From contig NC_092672.1 of assembly GCF_964355755.1 (NCBI RefSeq), positions 5,456,001 through 5,520,000 on the forward strand: a stretch of DNA of 64,000 bases, given 5' to 3'. The notes beneath the pieces were generated by a model. It was not told where the DNA came from and searched no databases. It was given only the letters and a program-made list of their open reading frames with translations. The stretch is from Antedon mediterranea. Its lineage: Eukaryota; Animalia; Echinodermata. Below are positions 11,736 through 23,900 of this stretch, one piece after another. Every line of letters starts with the position of its first letter. Within the stretch, counting starts at the first letter, position 1. The translations under genes were made by a program, and so were the position numbers.

Positions 11736-14163
11736 ATTAATTGTTAGATTAGTTTGTTGCAATCTTATAATCTATACACCGCACTGATTTTGATAACGAA
11801 ATTACCACGCGTTTTTACTGTTGCGTTGGCAGAACGCTATGCCGTTGAACTTGTTGTCGGAAATGCTGTGGCCAGTTTTGTAGATTCAATTTTTCGGAAT
11901 TATGAATTTTATTTAGTCAAAAAAACTGTCATGTTTCAGGTGTTTAATATCGGTGAACCAATATTGTACCTTTTGAGACCCAAACAAGTCCGTTGGAACT
12001 ATTTGTGTGTAGTACTAATTGAGTATACAAATAGTGATCTTAGATAGCACAACGTGTTTTTATGGATGCATCATTTTCTTACCTAAATTTAATTGATTTA
12101 TACACTAGAAAAAATGTCGAAATAAAAACAATTCCAAAATCAATATTTCTGTTCAGGTAAACGTTGGCCTAATTAAGAAATATTTTCTTAGCAATAGATA
12201 TAAGGTATCTACATACATTTATGCATTCTCTATACAGGAAAAAACTTTCGATATCTGCTTCAATAAACGCTTCAAAATTGGCCCGGGTCCCTGCTGCCAA
12301 CTGCCAATAATTAGAAATACTTAATTGTAGACGATCTGTCGTTTCATCACCATCATCACGGATATATGTATTCTGTTGCATTAAACGCAACAACACCGCC
12401 AAGTCAAATACTCAGAAATACGACCTGTTTAAGGTACACTGTGGTTAATTTGTAAACAGGAAATAAAACTTTAAAATCACATGTTTTCTGACGCAATTTC
12501 AACTTATTTTTTGTCACAAATATTTTTTAAGTTAAAAAATAAGCTCCGTGATAAACACAAATGGTTATTGATGAAATGAAAAAGCTAGAAAAAAAAAACC
12601 AAAATCAAACAAATAGAAATAGGTAGGCCTAAATGTGAAGAAGAAGCAAAAGGGAACAGAGATTTTATCTATGGAAATTACTGTTTTTATAACAATTTGT
12701 GGGGTTCTTTCCATAGACTGAGATGAAAATCTGATTTCACCAAGAGAAATTAAATTTGTCGATTTCATTATTTATTGCAGACATGATAACAATTAAATGG
12801 CTTCTCATTAAGGTTTTATTTACAGTTAAATATAGAGAATATACTCTAAGTATGTTAACAAAAATGTAAAACATTTTTTTTAGTACAGCACAAGTAAAAA
12901 GAACAAAACACGATATATTTTTTTTAATGTAAAAATAAATAATGTTGTTTAACTATCAAACGTTATATAAAAATATCTGTATTTTGAATTAAATGGAAAC
13001 TGTAAGCTACTTGGTAACTATTATTATACACGTACGTAGTATATGATAATATATGAATAATAAATTAATGAATGAAAAACTTCAGCGGAAAATTGTTGAT
13101 AATTTTTTTATTCTAATATAGATTTCTATTATGGTAGTGAGTTGTTATTATCGATTAAATTTAGGATAGGATGATTACTAAGAGTAATAAATAGAAGCTT
13201 CCAAAAGTTATAATTTCTAATTTTTTAAAATTAATAATTCATTTTTATACACTATTATGAACGGAAGTCAGTAAAAAGTCATGCGCTCAACCTGCAGCAG
13301 AAATGCAGTCTTTTTACTAAATTCTGACATGTATAATCGAATTAAGTTTCATCCTGAGAGGGGAAATTCTTTTAACCAATTACATGCGCCACTCTAACTT
13401 AGTTCAGCTTGCCATTTTCATTTTACGCTAATATAGTTCTGAGGAAAGTTTGCAAATTAAAGGTAAGTTTTATTCATTTTTACTTTATATACTTTGTAAT
13501 TGATTTTTTATTAACAATATAGTTTTTTTATTTTACCTTCGTTAAAATAATGTTATTAAACATCAATCACCAAAGCCTATATTTGGCAATTTATCAAGAA
13601 AATGTCGATAGTTCCTTTTAAAACTTTATATATACTTCTATGGTTATAAGCTATGACAGATAGCTGGCCTGACACCACTATTAATTTCCTGAAAACTTAA
13701 CAGCAAGAAATGTTATTTATATTCGGCATATTTAAAGCTTAGAATGTTCATAAATATAGACAATATCAATTCTTTGTATACATTTTATATATACAAATTA
13801 TCTTTGTAAGGTAATATAATTAGTATGAAATGATTCACAAGTTTAAATTTATTTTGCTTTTCCTAAAACATTTTATAGGTTCAATGCTAATTGAATGCTC
13901 AATCTAAATTTATAAAAATACTGTATATGCAACAAAAAAACCATAAAATATCGTTGGCAAAATTTTTAATGTAACTTAACCGGCCGGACTGAAACACAAA
14001 ACATATCCTATGTGTTGGGATCTTCTGCCAGCGGTCTCGAGACAATGCATTTAATTGTACAATAATATAAGTAGCCCTATTAACTGTACATACATTAAAA
14101 ATGAAGGAATCACTATTTTCGTTTGGTTCTTTTTATCTAGAGAAAGAAATCTTCAGTATCATT

Positions 14164-17100
14164 ATGTCGGATAAAGATCCACCAACACCAAAACCAAGAT
14201 CGGTAAAGAAACCTCCGTTGCCGACACCTTTACCTAAAGCGCGCCGGCAAACCCCTCTAGTAACGTCCCCACCCCCTAGGAGGATACACAATCAAGACCA
14301 TGATGCACTTGTTATAGGCAACCCGTATGCTCAGTACCCCTTACTGGTTGACGTAACGTACGCAACTGCGCATTCAGGTCGTCAGGTAGAAGCTGCACCT
14401 AGTTCCGGACCGCCTTTGGATCCTCCGTCCTACGATTCAGTTGTAAGTTCATAAGTGAGAGTTAAATTTTAATTTGAAATTGTTACAGTTTTCCTTTCTT
14501 CGGTTGATTAATATACAATCTTATCTAAAATTTATCCAACCTTTTTCTTTTAATAATTATCCTAATTCTTCATCTAGACAAAAAAAGCTTTCAAACCTTC
14601 CCTTGGGTTGAGTACGGTCAAAAATCCTAAGAAAGGACATTTTTTTCTAAACTGAATTTACTAAAGAAGTAATTTTTTCTTTTCAAGTTTCTTTGGAGTT
14701 TGCTAACATGTTTGAGGAGATAAAGCAACAAGTCAGTTCATCCGTATAAGATGAATGGCTTTATTTCATTTAGAATTTATCCAAAATATATCGAAGTTAA
14801 AGTTAATTTTGATATGGAGTTCTGGGTCAGTAAACATTCGAAATTATGGAAATAACAATCCTAATGATTATGATGATATTGATTCACTTCAGTTACTTTA
14901 GTTATATGAGAGTGTAACAAACATAACAATCATCATATTTTTTTATTTGATTTTTATTAACTTTTGGCACAAAAGCAACTGGCATTTTGATTGTCAAAAG
15001 TGAACTTAATCACTACAAATATACATTCCGATGTATTACATGAGAATTTTAATTTTAATTAAAAGAGCCAAATGCTATATAAAACCTATGTTTAAAAAAA
15101 GTTTGAATTCTATTCTTTTTTTATTAAACTGCTTTTTCTAGACTTGTGATGAATTTAATCGCCTAATAAAACGTAATGTGTTTAAACAAAAAAAAAGTTT
15201 AAAAGTTATGTATACTTACAGTATATGTACTGCATTATAATTCTCTATAAATTGATGGAATGGCTATTTGGCTAATAACCTTTCTTCCATTTTCTTTACC
15301 AAGGCATATTCAACACCAGTAGAGCCAAATATACCCGAATATGCCAACACTACTGAAGCAATAGAAGTTGAAAGAGAAGAAGAAGAAGAGAGGGAAAAAG
15401 ACATACCAGAGAAAAAGAAATCAACCAAAAAATCATTTAGCAAGATTTATCCAAAAAGTTTGACCAGACGTCATAGTGAACACAGCGTAATAAAGGGCAT
15501 TATTGGCTTCTGTTTGGGGCTATTTTTCGGTGGAGTTTTGTTTCTTGGGTTATACTATGGATTGTTATACAGTTTCTTTACGTCTTGTGTCGTCACTGGT
15601 CTTGGAACCATGGCAATGTCGCTTAGTCTTGCTTGCACAGGTAAGTGGAAGATATTCAGTGTTTGGAATTTTAACAAGGACTTTATTTGTTTGAATTATT
15701 TGAGTTTCTTTTCGGTTTATAATTTCTTTATTAACTTTAAATTGCTAAGCATAATTGTTAAATATTAGGAACGTAAAGTCAGATATTGATTTTAGTTATT
15801 TTGTCGTCTGACATCAGACAGGAATGGAACCGCGAACTCAGGAAATAACCATGCACAAAGATCAAGTTGATACGCCCTTATCTTAAGCTTATGGCGCCCC
15901 ATATAAGCATACATCTAAAAGGTGAGATCTCCAAAGGATGTTCTTGTTTAGTAGTAAAAAGATTTTTATTTTCCATAATTTTTTTATATAGTTCGTGCAA
16001 GATGTATAGCAGCTTTAATGGCACCGACACTATGTACTTCAAGAGGGCGTGCTGCTTTTATAGCTTTCACTTTTACTTTACTGCTAAATGGTCCAGTTGC
16101 TAATATATTTCACAATAGTAATGTTATTTCAGAATCCATGAGCTGCAGTGCTGAGGTAAATAACATGCATAATGTCTCTTGAAAATAATGTCTATGACGT
16201 GGACATTTCGTTTTGTTCTAAGCATATGATATAAATAGAAATATACAAGCTTTCAGAATCCGTTTTGTTTTTTTATAAACTCTATCACCGTCTCTATCGC
16301 TTGAAATGCTTACAATTTTCACATTTATCTTCAACATTGATATAAAAAAATAATCCGATTTAATACTGACATGTCATGCGGTGACCGATAAGGTCAGAAT
16401 AAACTCAATTTCCTGATAAAAAGTTAGTGATGATGCACTAACAAGTCTCGCAGAATTATTACAGTACTTATCATATCCTCAAGTTTGTAATTTTGTCGCA
16501 AGAGAGTATAGGCTAGGCCTAATGCAAATTGTTTAAAAATGAAATAAGTACGGTACTAAATCTGTGTATCGTTACCCTTATTTTATAATTTTTTTTTGTT
16601 TAAACTTTAATAGGCCTATATTATATTTGTACTTTATAAATCCAAAAGAAAATGTTACAATGCTGTGTGTATCAATGGTTGGATTGGAGATACAAGTAAA
16701 ATAAACTAACAGCTAAATCAAACCGATAAAGTAAAACAGCTAGAAAGAATTTCCCATCTTTCGGAAAACACTATTCATAACAGCTAATGAGTGTTAGAAT
16801 GGAGAATAAAACGAGTGGAGAATAGTTAGCTAAGTGTTATAATACGGATAAAGAATTTCATATCTATGCATTATTGTTCCAATACAACACATAGTTTCAA
16901 CATGTTGTATTTTGTTTCTGTATATAGATGGTTCATGATCAAGGAAAACAGATTCAAGATGCTGCATTACAATCATTTGATAATTATGTCAAAAACATTG
17001 AAGAAAGTATACAGAGGCTTCAAGAAACTGCTGTTGATGTCAGGAATAAATTTGAACCGATTGAAAGAGGTCTTGATGAAATTAATCATGGCTTTCAGGT

Positions 17101-19437
17101 ACGTGGAATGTAAAACATTACAGTAACAATTGGAGAAAAAGAATCAAACTCTACAATTCATTACTTTGACAAAAACATAACAAAAATTATTAACAATTAA
17201 ATTGATAGGCTAGAGACACAAACTGCATTCACAATGTATACCAAGTTTGATATAAAAAACTATAGATTAAACCAAATATTCGAGGTGAAAATGTGGAATT
17301 TATGATTGTTTAGAATAAGTCTGTTAACAGTAGAAAAGGTTCGCCAATTGTTAACTTTAGTAATATTAGTTTTAGAGACTGATTGTGAGACAAGATTTCT
17401 TTTTATAGCATTTAGCACTTATGTACGTTACGTAGCTTAGAGATCTTCATAATGTATTTTCTAATATTTCTATTGCTCTTTTTAGAATAACATCTACTAC
17501 TATCTTTTTAACTAAAAGCAACACGCTTACGTTTGAAGGTGAGCTTTTTCCTATTAGTAAGAAACTTTTGCTCTTTTGGGTACAGTTACTATTTTCTTAA
17601 CTTTTTATTGCTTTCAGTTCTATTTCTCTCTCAATTATTCACTCTATTCTAAATGCTAAAACATAATTAACTACATCTTCAACAAGACTAATTAAAGATT
17701 AAGTAGAAACCGCACTTCCTGCTACAAAGCAAGCGAGGAAGTTGGAATGGGTGGGGTATAGAAGAACTCTTTATGATTATTTGTGTTGGCTTTTGTACTT
17801 CTGTAGGTAGCTGGAGAAGTTCTTTCAAACGCTGCTGATGCTTGTACCACCACAATGGACGTGGCTTATCGTGACTGTAAGGTGGTCTTAAATCGAATAT
17901 ACGAAAACTGTATACTTAAGTTAAGCAAGACTAAAATACGTAAGTTATGATTAATTCATTTGGCCTAAATGGTCTATGTCACAAAATATACTTATGCAAC
18001 ATGATGCTATTGAACATGATATTCCCTGATATTATGAGTTAAAACATCCGTTTCAGTAAGATCACTCATTTTCCTTGCTAACTAAATTTAAACATCAAAT
18101 GAAATATGAAATAAACTTGAAAATGTCAATAATATTTTTCAGCCGTTGAGCTATGCAAGCCACTTGATATAGATCCACTGTGCGAGATCATTTCCTTTGG
18201 AAACAGTATTTGTCAAGCGCCAGAGTTTGGCAGAGCAATTGTCGACGACGTAGGAGATGCCATCCAACATATATCAAATAAGATCAACGACGTCTTTCAG
18301 ACAGATATTCATTTTGAAGCTCACTGGGACACCAAAAGAAACGCAAGTAAATCTGCTGCTGGAATCGCAAGGGCGGTTCGACAAGAGCTTGAAGAAACTT
18401 TTAACATCTTTGACACCGCTGTGCTATTTGCGGATCGTCTGTTGGCACTATCCGTTGTGTATGTTCTCTACAGAGCGTATCTATATCATAAATTATATCT
18501 GACAAAAGATAGATTTGATAATTTTTACATTACAAAGGAATTCCGAGATCTTGATGTAAAAAGAACAGAAAGTGGTAAGGAATCGATATTACCACTGAAG
18601 AAACTAGAACGTGGAAAACTTATAGACTTAAAAACATTGGCATTGTCTAAGGTAGAAAGGGGAACCTTTTTGCTAGGTTTTATAACAATTTTTATGTATG
18701 TATTAATTGCTGGAATAATAATAATTGTGGATTATGGCATGTTTTATCTGCTTGATATAATTTCAAGACATGGACAGATTGAATATGAACTAACCGGTGG
18801 AGGAAAAGCTAATATGGACATTGCTGGAACTGGAGTGGTATCAGAATTTGCAAGAGCTTTATTGGGAGATGGCTTCGACACAAACAATGAGCACAACGCT
18901 TCTACCACAATCAACGAGTGTCTTCCACATCCACAAAGACCAGATAAGCAAACTAACATTATCATTGGTGCTCTGTATGGTGTAGCTATCCTAATGGTTC
19001 TTTTCCAATCCTATGCTTTAAGACTACGTCGCTGGATTGCATCGTTCTATTACCCAGCACGAGAAGCAGCACGTATAAACTATCTCTACAGTCAAACTCT
19101 TAAAAAACGCAAGACAATTCGTGACATGTTGCAACAGCTTATAAAAGAGAATGACAGAGAACAAAAAGCTCTGGAAAAAGTCAGCTTTCTATCTTGGATG
19201 TCGGCTAATAACACTTGTTGTCGTAGGATTCTTTGTCGCAACACTCGCGTTTGTATCGCGTGTGCTTCTGATGAAAACGGAGATAAGTTTTATAAATGTG
19301 AGACGATGGATTGTAAGGGAGCATACTGTGTTGAATGTATAAAAGAGGTCGGAGAATTGTGTACTCTTTGTGAAGAACCTTTGAATTATAATGTGGGAGA
19401 CACGGGTTCAGTCCAATGGAATCCTTATGTAGAGTAG
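14164..19437 (+). CDS. DC-STAMP-domain membrane protein with C-terminal C4C4 RING (DCST1/DCST2/sneaky/SPE-42 family)
   Basis: Exons 14164-14442, 15304-15640, 15992-16155, 16928-17098, 17807-17939 and 18143-19437. Motifs: RCIAALMAPTLCTSRGRA...GPVANIFHN, YLTKDRFDNFYITKEF...ILPLKKLE, CLPHP, YALRLRRWIASFYYPAREAARINYLY, and an 8-Cys tail CIAC...CVEC...CTLC. Probable 5'UTR intron about 13463-14140. Paralog identity not resolved. Confidence 0.9.
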
Positions 19438-20846
19438 GAAACCTCGCATACAGAGAATAAACTAGTTTTTAAATACTTTAAATTGCTGTGCAAACGTTAA
19501 GGTAGTGTGCCTTGAAACATTCATACAGTTCTATTTTTAGGTTATATCCACTATAATAGCTTCCTTAAGGCCGCCGGCCACGTGTTTTACAAACTGCCCT
19601 TAGATAAATGTAATTATCTAATGTCTATCAAAGATGATTCCCTCTTCTTTCTAATTGGCTACAGTAGTCACAGTTTCCAAGTTCTTCTTATTTGATACAC
19701 AACATTTGAAAACAAATTGTATTTTAATCGTGTCCCCTGTTGAATAGGCCATTAATACCGTGACCTAAATTATTCCCTTTGATAAAAAATTAGATTGGAA
19801 AATATCCAATAACCGCAATTTGAAGGGAAATAGTCACACGATGGAATTGTTAAATGACCCAATCAATATTTGGTTTTATCTCCATGTCATGTTTTAGGGG
19901 ACAAATTTAATTATTAAGGGATCGGTTAGCACTTGTAGGCCTACCAACCCATTACATTCTATAAGATCATTTCATATATCTGGTCTGGTACCAGCTTTTG
20001 TTTTCGTACTTTATATAGCGGTCCCATGGGACAGACATTTATATTATCAAATAGACAGATACTTCATGAAATAATATGTGCATTGTGATTGAAACACTGT
20101 GGAGGATTTTGGAAATGTTTTATCAGAGTGCTCAAACTAACGGCAATGGATAGATTTTACAAACGCAATACTGTGGTTTAAGAAACCGATGTGACATACA
20201 TAATGCCTCGACAGGATTTGAAAATGCGACCTCTCTAACAGAGGCGAGCGTACAACCATTGGAACTCGAGGCAGAAGTTCAAATACCCATGGAGTACATT
20301 AATTCACACAGTTACATAATATAATTTAGAGGAGGCTTGGATGAACAATGAAACATGACGTTTGAATTAAGTAGCAAAATAATAATATTAAAACAATCTT
20401 GTATATAGGCATAATTTAATTATGAAATAATGGCCAGTATAATATTATAATTAAATAGTACAGGAAATTAATAAGAGCATAATGGCAATTAGAGCATGAC
20501 TAATAGAATTATTCAATTAATTTGATAATGTCATAGTTTCTTTCCAAATGTCTTTATTGCCAGCTAGGGAATATCACTGCCAAATAAATATTATATCGTA
20601 TTGATTACAACCAGTTTTCAAGTTTCATTTTCTGTTCATATTATTGTCAAGATGTTTTGAGAGAGTCGCAGTGTTTATTATGATGATGTCTAGATTTGAC
20701 GCTAGTGATGATTATGATTACCCGGTGGTAATAAAGATGATTTTGTCGGGTTAAATATTACATTTAGGTGTTTATTTTAAGGTATTTCTTTTGTGATGAT
20801 GTCTAATTAAACAAGTTAAAATTACATTTGGCCCGAGGAACCAAAC

Positions 20847-20882
20847 TATATAAAAGATGTTTTGTCAACAGCAGAGGGCGTA
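20847..20882 (+). promoter_or_regulatory. ACADS core promoter candidate: TATA box and CTCF-like motif
   Basis: TATATAAAAG at 20847-20856; ACAGCAGAGGGCGT at 20868-20881 resembles the CTCF core; ATG at 20901. Confidence 0.4.
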
Positions 20883-20900
20883 TTGATAAACAGGGACATC

Positions 20901-23900
20901 ATGGCGGCAGCAGCGAAGGCATTTCAGAAAGTTTCCAGACAACTTTTTAGGTCAAAAGTGTGTTTTTTGGGTTAGTTTTTACAATGTTACATACATTTTA
21001 TGAGATTATATATGTTGCTTAACCAACTTAAATGTTGAATACAAAAATCGGTAGCGCCCAAGTAGATATTTATGTTAGTTGTTGCTAGGCCCATGACTTG
21101 GACAGGTCGACGGTGATTATAGCATTACTGCCCGTGTTGATTTAGTACTAGTGACGTATGCGTTATACGCACAAGAACCAGGCCTAGGCTAGACCGCTTT
21201 TGATTTGAAATTGGTCGTGTAGTAGTACGAAAAGCAAATATTAGTAAAGTAAATAAGTGTAATATATAGGACTATTGCCAACTGGGTCGTATTGCCCTAC
21301 AATAAATAATGAATTAAATAAAATAAGAAATTGGAAAATATAAATAATGTTTTATTTATATAGATAGTACTAGTAGTAGGGCCTAGCCTACTACTTCTTA
21401 GCTAGCTAGCTAGCCTTGCTGCCTACTATGTATACATTAATGTATATAGCTAGCCAGAGTCAGAGGCCCTATCTATTTAGTAGCGGTATATTCTGACTTC
21501 CCTAGCTACTAGTTAAACATTGAAGCAAATTGGCAGTAGCCTGAACTAATTCCATCAAGTGTAAATGTAATCAATCTACCTAGCCAAGCCCGGGTCTAAT
21601 TAAACTTCGCTTTTGGGCATTTATATTATACAGTATCTTATAACACACAATTAATGTTGTTAAAAAAGTGTTTGTGGTAGATTTCATCGTAATATTAATA
21701 TATGCATTTGATAGATGGTACCCTTATGTACTGTACCAGCAATATTGAGATTTTGCATCATTACGCTGTAATTGAATAGAACATGGTCCCAGTAATGAAA
21801 TCCTACTGGTCTGCTAATATGTAATCACTGCCTTGCTAGGTAACCCATTACAAAGAAAATATGATAAATATGTTATTTAAATTAGTTCTTAGGTATGATC
21901 CCACTTAGTCTACCAAATACAATTTCATATTGAGTAATGGATAGTTGTTGGTTACAATATTTAATATTTTAGTTATTCAATTTCTGCCATACAATACAAA
22001 GAAAAAGACAAAACGAAATATAAAAGGCAAGGAAAGACCAAACAGCTCTTTGTTTTTCAAATATAAATCATCAAATATTTAAAAGTTCAAGATACATACT
22101 TTACAGTACATACTGTACAATGTTGTTGGAGATTTATAAGTTATGCATTGTTTTTTAATTAGTTTTATAAAGAAATCTTAATTTATAGGCCAAAAGATTA
22201 AACTGTAAATAATATTAAAGAGGAGATATAAAAAAAACATAAAATAACGAAAAACATTTATTAGATTTTACAATTATTTTTTCTAAAACATTAGATGAGA
22301 GGGAGGGTGGTGTTCAACCACAAAAGATAAAACAAAATCTGAATTGCTAACTTTTTTTACAGGGTCATCATCTTCAATATGTAAGGCACACAGCTTGGCG
22401 TCTCTGTCTGAGACACATGCGATGCTTAGGAAGACATGTAGAGACTTTGCTGATAATGAGCTTGCACCAATTGCAGGAGAATTGGACAAGGAACATCGAT
22501 ATCCCAAAGAACAGGTAAAACCTTGTCTACACTATCAAACTTTATGTGACACAAAAATGTGATGATGTCGTATCACTACCATATTTGACCACATCACACT
22601 TTTTTTGTCAAACTAGTTTGATAGATAGTGTAGACAGAGCTTAAGAGTTGAAATACAGACATGCCAAAACATTTGAGGGTGGTATAGCAGTTTTAGGTAA
22701 TTCCCTTGTATGGTTGGTTGATCAACACTTAAATAATAATGTCTGTAAAATTTTAATATTTAAATAAAGACTTATTCATAGTGGGCTATCAGTGGTGTGT
22801 TAAACCAAAATAATATTTTTGACAACAATTGTAATGTAATTGAATTTTAATGTTATTCAATTCATCTCATATTATCTAAATTATGTAAAAACAAAATTTA
22901 TCGGGATGTACGAAAAAGCGTTGTTAAATCAATGCGTTAGAATAGGACAAGATGGCCGACCAAACTTTGTTTGTACCCAGTGCAGTCGGTAGCCAGGAAA
23001 CGTGACGTCACTTTTTCTCCCTATTATATTTGAAGTTTCTATATTGCTTGTCAAATTATAATATATAGATTGCAATGCATTATTAATATATCTTATCTTC
23101 CAAACTTGACCTTATACAAAGTCAAATGTACTAGCTAGCCTTATACTTCTTGAGTTAGTACAACCCTATCCAGCCTATTTTAGATGTTTTTATATTAACT
23201 GACTGTGGATGCATGTGCTATTTAATACAAAATGTCTAATCAAATCTATTGCTTATTAAAAAAAACTTAAATGTCATGCTTGCTTGACAGTCACATCTCC
23301 TTCATTTTTAACTAACTGTACTTGCTTGCTTGATATTTAAAATCTGTCATTAGCCATCATCAACCTGATCACATTATAATACTGTATTACCTGTGTCATT
23401 ACAACCATTGTTTTCATCATCATCATTGCCATCATTAAGTAGGTCGCTGTGTACAGACAGATAGTTCTATTCTATTTTTGTTGGGCCTATTTTTACAAGA
23501 AATAACAGTTAGAGAAAAATGGCAAAATCTGAACAGAGTTGTCAAAACATTGTAATACTAATCCTATATGATAACTTAACCACATAAAACTCCTAGAAAG
23601 TAGGAAGCCTTTTTCCTTTTTTTCCTGACTGTTAATTTATTATTATTTAGTAGTTATTATTTTACTATCTTAAGCATCATCTCCTATTTCATTGTATCTT
23701 TCATCAGGTGAAAAAATTAGGAGAGCTCGGCCTAATGGCAGTTGACGTTCCAGAAAAATATGGCGGGACAGGCTTAGATTACTTAGCGTATGCAATAGCT
23801 ATTGAGGAGATCAGTAGAGGATGTGCTAGTTGTGGTGTTATTATGAGTGTTAATAATGTAAGTTGATGCATACTAAAATAATAATGTAATAATAATGTAA

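Noticed and set aside
12169-12402. HEPN-like or other standalone gene (FDLAVLLRLM...)
   Set aside because: Short, non-ATG start and no catalytic motif; left as an unassigned coding-like relic.
13003-13020. RFX X-box-like motif upstream of the DC-STAMP gene
   Set aside because: Imperfect match and TSS unknown; cannot be distinguished from chance.
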